Shown here piece after piece: positions 61,307 through 64,000 of a DNA stretch of 64,000 nt. The first letter of the stretch is position 1; every line of letters starts with the position of its first letter. Under the pieces are notes generated by a model. That model had not been told where the DNA came from, made no database searches, and was given only the letters and a program-made list of their open reading frames with translations. The DNA lies in assembly GCA_017481925.1 (NCBI GenBank), contig JAFUOK010000051.1, positions 15,311-79,310 on the forward strand, in the 5' to 3' direction. The DNA is from Alistipes sp. GTDB taxonomy: Bacteria; Bacteroidota; Bacteroidia; Bacteroidales; Rikenellaceae. The position numbers and the translations under genes were made by a program.

Positions 61307-62965
61307 ATGAAAAAAATGATGAAATATTTTGCCGCCCTCGTCCTCGGAGCGATGATGATGACGGCCTGCTCGGAGGATTACCTCGAGACCTCTCCTACCA
61401 ACTCACTCGATGCGAGCCAGTTGAAGGAGAGCGTAGAGAACTTCGAGTCATATATCAACGGTATCAACCTTTTGATGGTTTACCAGCAGGGTGCATACGG
61501 TCAGGGTTACTGCGGTATGATGAACCTGCTCAGCAAGCTCGGAAATGAGTGTGGTAACGACTGGTCAGGTTTGGCATTCGGTGGTTACAACTCTGCTAAC
61601 ATGGCTCTTACCACCAATAACAATGCTGCCTACTCAGGTTACGCATGGTGGTTCCTCTATCAGATCATCGGTCAGGCTAACCGCGTATTGGTGCAGATCA
61701 AGGACGCTGAGGGTGATGAGGATTTGAAGGCATTCTATACTGCACAGGCATTGACCTATCGTGCTTACTGCTACCAGTACTTGGTACAGGTCTTCTCAAA
61801 GCGCTGGATGGACTCTAACAACGGTGCAACAGAAGGTGTTATTCTTCGTCTTGATGATGACATGAACGCCGAGGGTCTTTACAACACTCCTGACAAGGGT
61901 GTTTCAACTCTTGCAGAGTGCTACGCTCAGATCTATGCAGACTGTGATGAGGCTATCTCATTGTTCCAGCAGTCAGGTATGGATGCAAAGAACTTCTACG
62001 AGCCCAGCCTTGCTTTGGCTATCGGAGTAAAGGCTCGTGCCGCTCTCTGCCGCGAGGATTGGGAGACTGCCGCTGAGTATGCAGGCATGATCTCTAAGGC
62101 TTACGGCTTGATGTCAGCAGACGAGTTCCAGTCAGGTTTCCACACCGCTAACGACGAGTGGATTTTCGGTGGTTGGGGTAGCAGTTCAGAGAACATGTGG
62201 TACTACACATTCGGTACATACTACGCATACAATGGTTACTATTCAGCTCGTGGTGGTTACAATATTATTGGCAACCGTGACCTTGTAGACAAGTTGTCTG
62301 ACGCTGATGCTCGTAAGCAGTTGTACGTTACCCCCTCATACATGGGCTACTCTGCAGAGGATATTGATGCAGCATTTGAGAGCGGTCTCTTAAACTCATA
62401 TTGCGAGCCCGACACGGATACTGATGAGGGTTACGCAATGGCCGAGAACATTTTCATGTACACTGTAGCAGGCGTTCCCGGTGTTGCAGCTAACATCAAT
62501 ACTACCGGTTACTATCCTGCATATCAGGCATTCTACAGCCAGTTGAAGTTTGGTGTATTTGATCTTCCCGGTGTTCACCACTCAGTTTATATGCGCGCAG
62601 CCGAGATGTATCTGACTCAGGCCGAGGCTCTTTGCAAGCAGGCTGAGCCTGACTACGCTACTGCACAGGATTTGCTCTACGCTGTAAACTCACGTCTTGA
62701 TCCTACTTACGAGAAGTCAACCAGCACTGGTCAGGCTTTGATCGATGAGATCATGTTCTATCGCCGCGCTGAGTTGTGGGGTGAGGGTCACGACTGGTTC
62801 GATTTGAAGCGTACTGGTGGCACTATCTCACGTCGCGACACCAAGGACGGTGGTACCTTCGGTGCAAACTTCGCTAAGACCATTGGTCCTAACGATGAAG
62901 GTACTAACGACTGGGTATGGGTTATACCTTTGGCAGAGACTCAGTACAACGCTGAGTTGAAGTAA
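61307..62965 (+). CDS. RagB/SusD family outer membrane lipoprotein (cassette R)
   Basis: Lipobox MTAC; RAYCY..L, MRAAEMYL..AEA, RRAELWGEG..WFDLKR. Confidence 0.93.
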   Translation: MKKMMKYFAALVLGAMMMTACSEDYLETSPTNSLDASQLKESVENFESYINGINLLMVYQQGAYGQGYCGMMNLLSKLGNECGNDWSGLAFGGYNSANMALTTNNNAAYSGYAWWFLYQIIGQANRVLVQIKDAEGDEDLKAFYTAQALTYRAYCYQYLVQVFSKRWMDSNNGATEGVILRLDDDMNAEGLYNTPDKGVSTLAECYAQIYADCDEAISLFQQSGMDAKNFYEPSLALAIGVKARAALCREDWETAAEYAGMISKAYGLMSADEFQSGFHTANDEWIFGGWGSSSENMWYYTFGTYYAYNGYYSARGGYNIIGNRDLVDKLSDADARKQLYVTPSYMGYSAEDIDAAFESGLLNSYCEPDTDTDEGYAMAENIFMYTVAGVPGVAANINTTGYYPAYQAFYSQLKFGVFDLPGVHHSVYMRAAEMYLTQAEALCKQAEPDYATAQDLLYAVNSRLDPTYEKSTSTGQALIDEIMFYRRAELWGEGHDWFDLKRTGGTISRRDTKDGGTFGANFAKTIGPNDEGTNDWVWVIPLAETQYNAELK

Positions 62966-62987
62966 TCCAACTCCATAACACAAAATT

Positions 62988-63018
62988 TCCCGCTCTCCAT
63001 TGAGGGCGGGATTTTTTT
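62988..63018 (+). terminator. Intrinsic terminator of the right susC-susD unit
   Basis: TCCCGCTCTC / GAGGGCGGGA followed by T7. Confidence 0.8.
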
Positions 63019-63038
63019 GATATATGGGAAGCGAAAAG

Positions 63039-64000
63039 CTATCGCTTCTTTAACAAGATATGCTCCAAAAGCATTACCGTAATAACGCCCATCACAAAGC
63101 CATTTCCCAGTATTGGACGTACAACTGCGGGCACAACATCCATAGGCACGGCACCGAACAACATCGCCACCATAACGGGCAGGCCGATAATCAGCGCATC
63201 GTCAAACGAGAGAACTGACTTCGACGTGATAAGCATATTAAACGCTGCGGCAAGTTGTGTACCCATCAGGTAGAGCAGGATAACTCCGATTACCGTATTG
63301 GGAATGGCCGACATAACCGCTATTAACGAAGGCACAAAGGCGCAAATAATCAACGCTGCACCCGCAGGAATCAACGCATAGCGTGAGGCACACGACGACG
63401 AGGCGATAACGCCGGGCGACATAGAGTAGTTCACCGGGCCGATGATTCCCAAGCCACCAGCAACGACATTCATTATACCCGTAATAGCCACTCCGCGACC
63501 GCAACGCTTGTCGGTGTCGGGCGTTGAGAGCATACCACCCAATGCCTGAATCGAGCCAACATCATTTATCAGCAGAGCCACATAACACAGCAGAAAAGCC
63601 ACAATCATACTGCCATCAAACTCCAGCTGCGGAATCAGCAGCGAACCCTCCGACTCTGTATAACGGGCAAAGACATCACCGAAACCGCCATATATTGCAT
63701 AATATATCACGCATCCTACCAGCAACGAAATCGGAATAATAATCGATTTAAGCACTCCGCGCAGACGATGTGACGCCAAAGCCATCGCAGGGACACCCGC
63801 AATGGTGAGCCACAAGGCGAACGTATGACGCTCCACCTCGGCTGCAGGGAATATAAGGTTCTTGATCGTAGGTCCGAGCGTTATGGCAATCAGCATCAAT
63901 ATCACGATTACGATACGAGGCGTGAAAATTCGCTGCAGATGCGACAGCACACGTGCCGCGGCAAGCACCGTAACAGCCACACCGCCAACCATAACGGCGG
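63039..64000 (-). CDS. Uracil-xanthine (NAT/NCS2) permease, 5' end outside the window
   Basis: Multi-TM protein; FTPRI, NDVGS, YSMSPGVIA.S..ASR signature-like segment, IP..VIG. Confidence 0.82.
   Translation of the reverse strand, partial: AVMVGGVAVTVLAAARVLSHLQRIFTPRIVIVILMLIAITLGPTIKNLIFPAAEVERHTFALWLTIAGVPAMALASHRLRGVLKSIIIPISLLVGCVIYYAIYGGFGDVFARYTESEGSLLIPQLEFDGSMIVAFLLCYVALLINDVGSIQALGGMLSTPDTDKRCGRGVAITGIMNVVAGGLGIIGPVNYSMSPGVIASSSCASRYALIPAGAALIICAFVPSLIAVMSAIPNTVIGVILLYLMGTQLAAAFNMLITSKSVLSFDDALIIGLPVMVAMLFGAVPMDVVPAVVRPILGNGFVMGVITVMLLEHILLKKR

Noticed and set aside
1-64000. CRISPR arrays, tRNA, rRNA, IS transposases, defence systems
   Set aside because: None recognised by eye; a covariance-model search was not run.

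Overview
Chromosomal window from a Bacteroidota organism, most likely Alistipes/Rikenellaceae-like. This is inferred from the murF-alr fusion, SusC/SusD pairs, GSCFA and DUF2851 proteins, and TTTG-N19-21-TAnnTTTG promoters. Positions 1-39 kb hold housekeeping genes (mutL, dnaJ, grpE, mutS2, lptD, sufE, secA, ssb, lpxK, ispD, ogt), a luxS-mtnN-ZIP operon and an ERIC-like palindromic element. Positions 39.5-50.8 kb hold a nine-gene ilvD-B-N-C-leuA-C-D-B-ilvA operon, preceded by an Ile/Leu/Val-rich leader peptide (absent from the ORF track) and a full attenuator. The main discovery is at 51.4-63 kb. Two divergent SusC/SusD pairs start with a perfect 77-bp inverted repeat (56185-56261 / 58045-58121). 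The repeats enclose about 1.8 kb carrying an arm-type tyrosine recombinase and one consensus promoter aimed at the left susC. This is the layout of a self-inverting promoter switch that would toggle between two alternative outer-membrane transporters. Gene calls come from motif recognition by eye; no searches were run.
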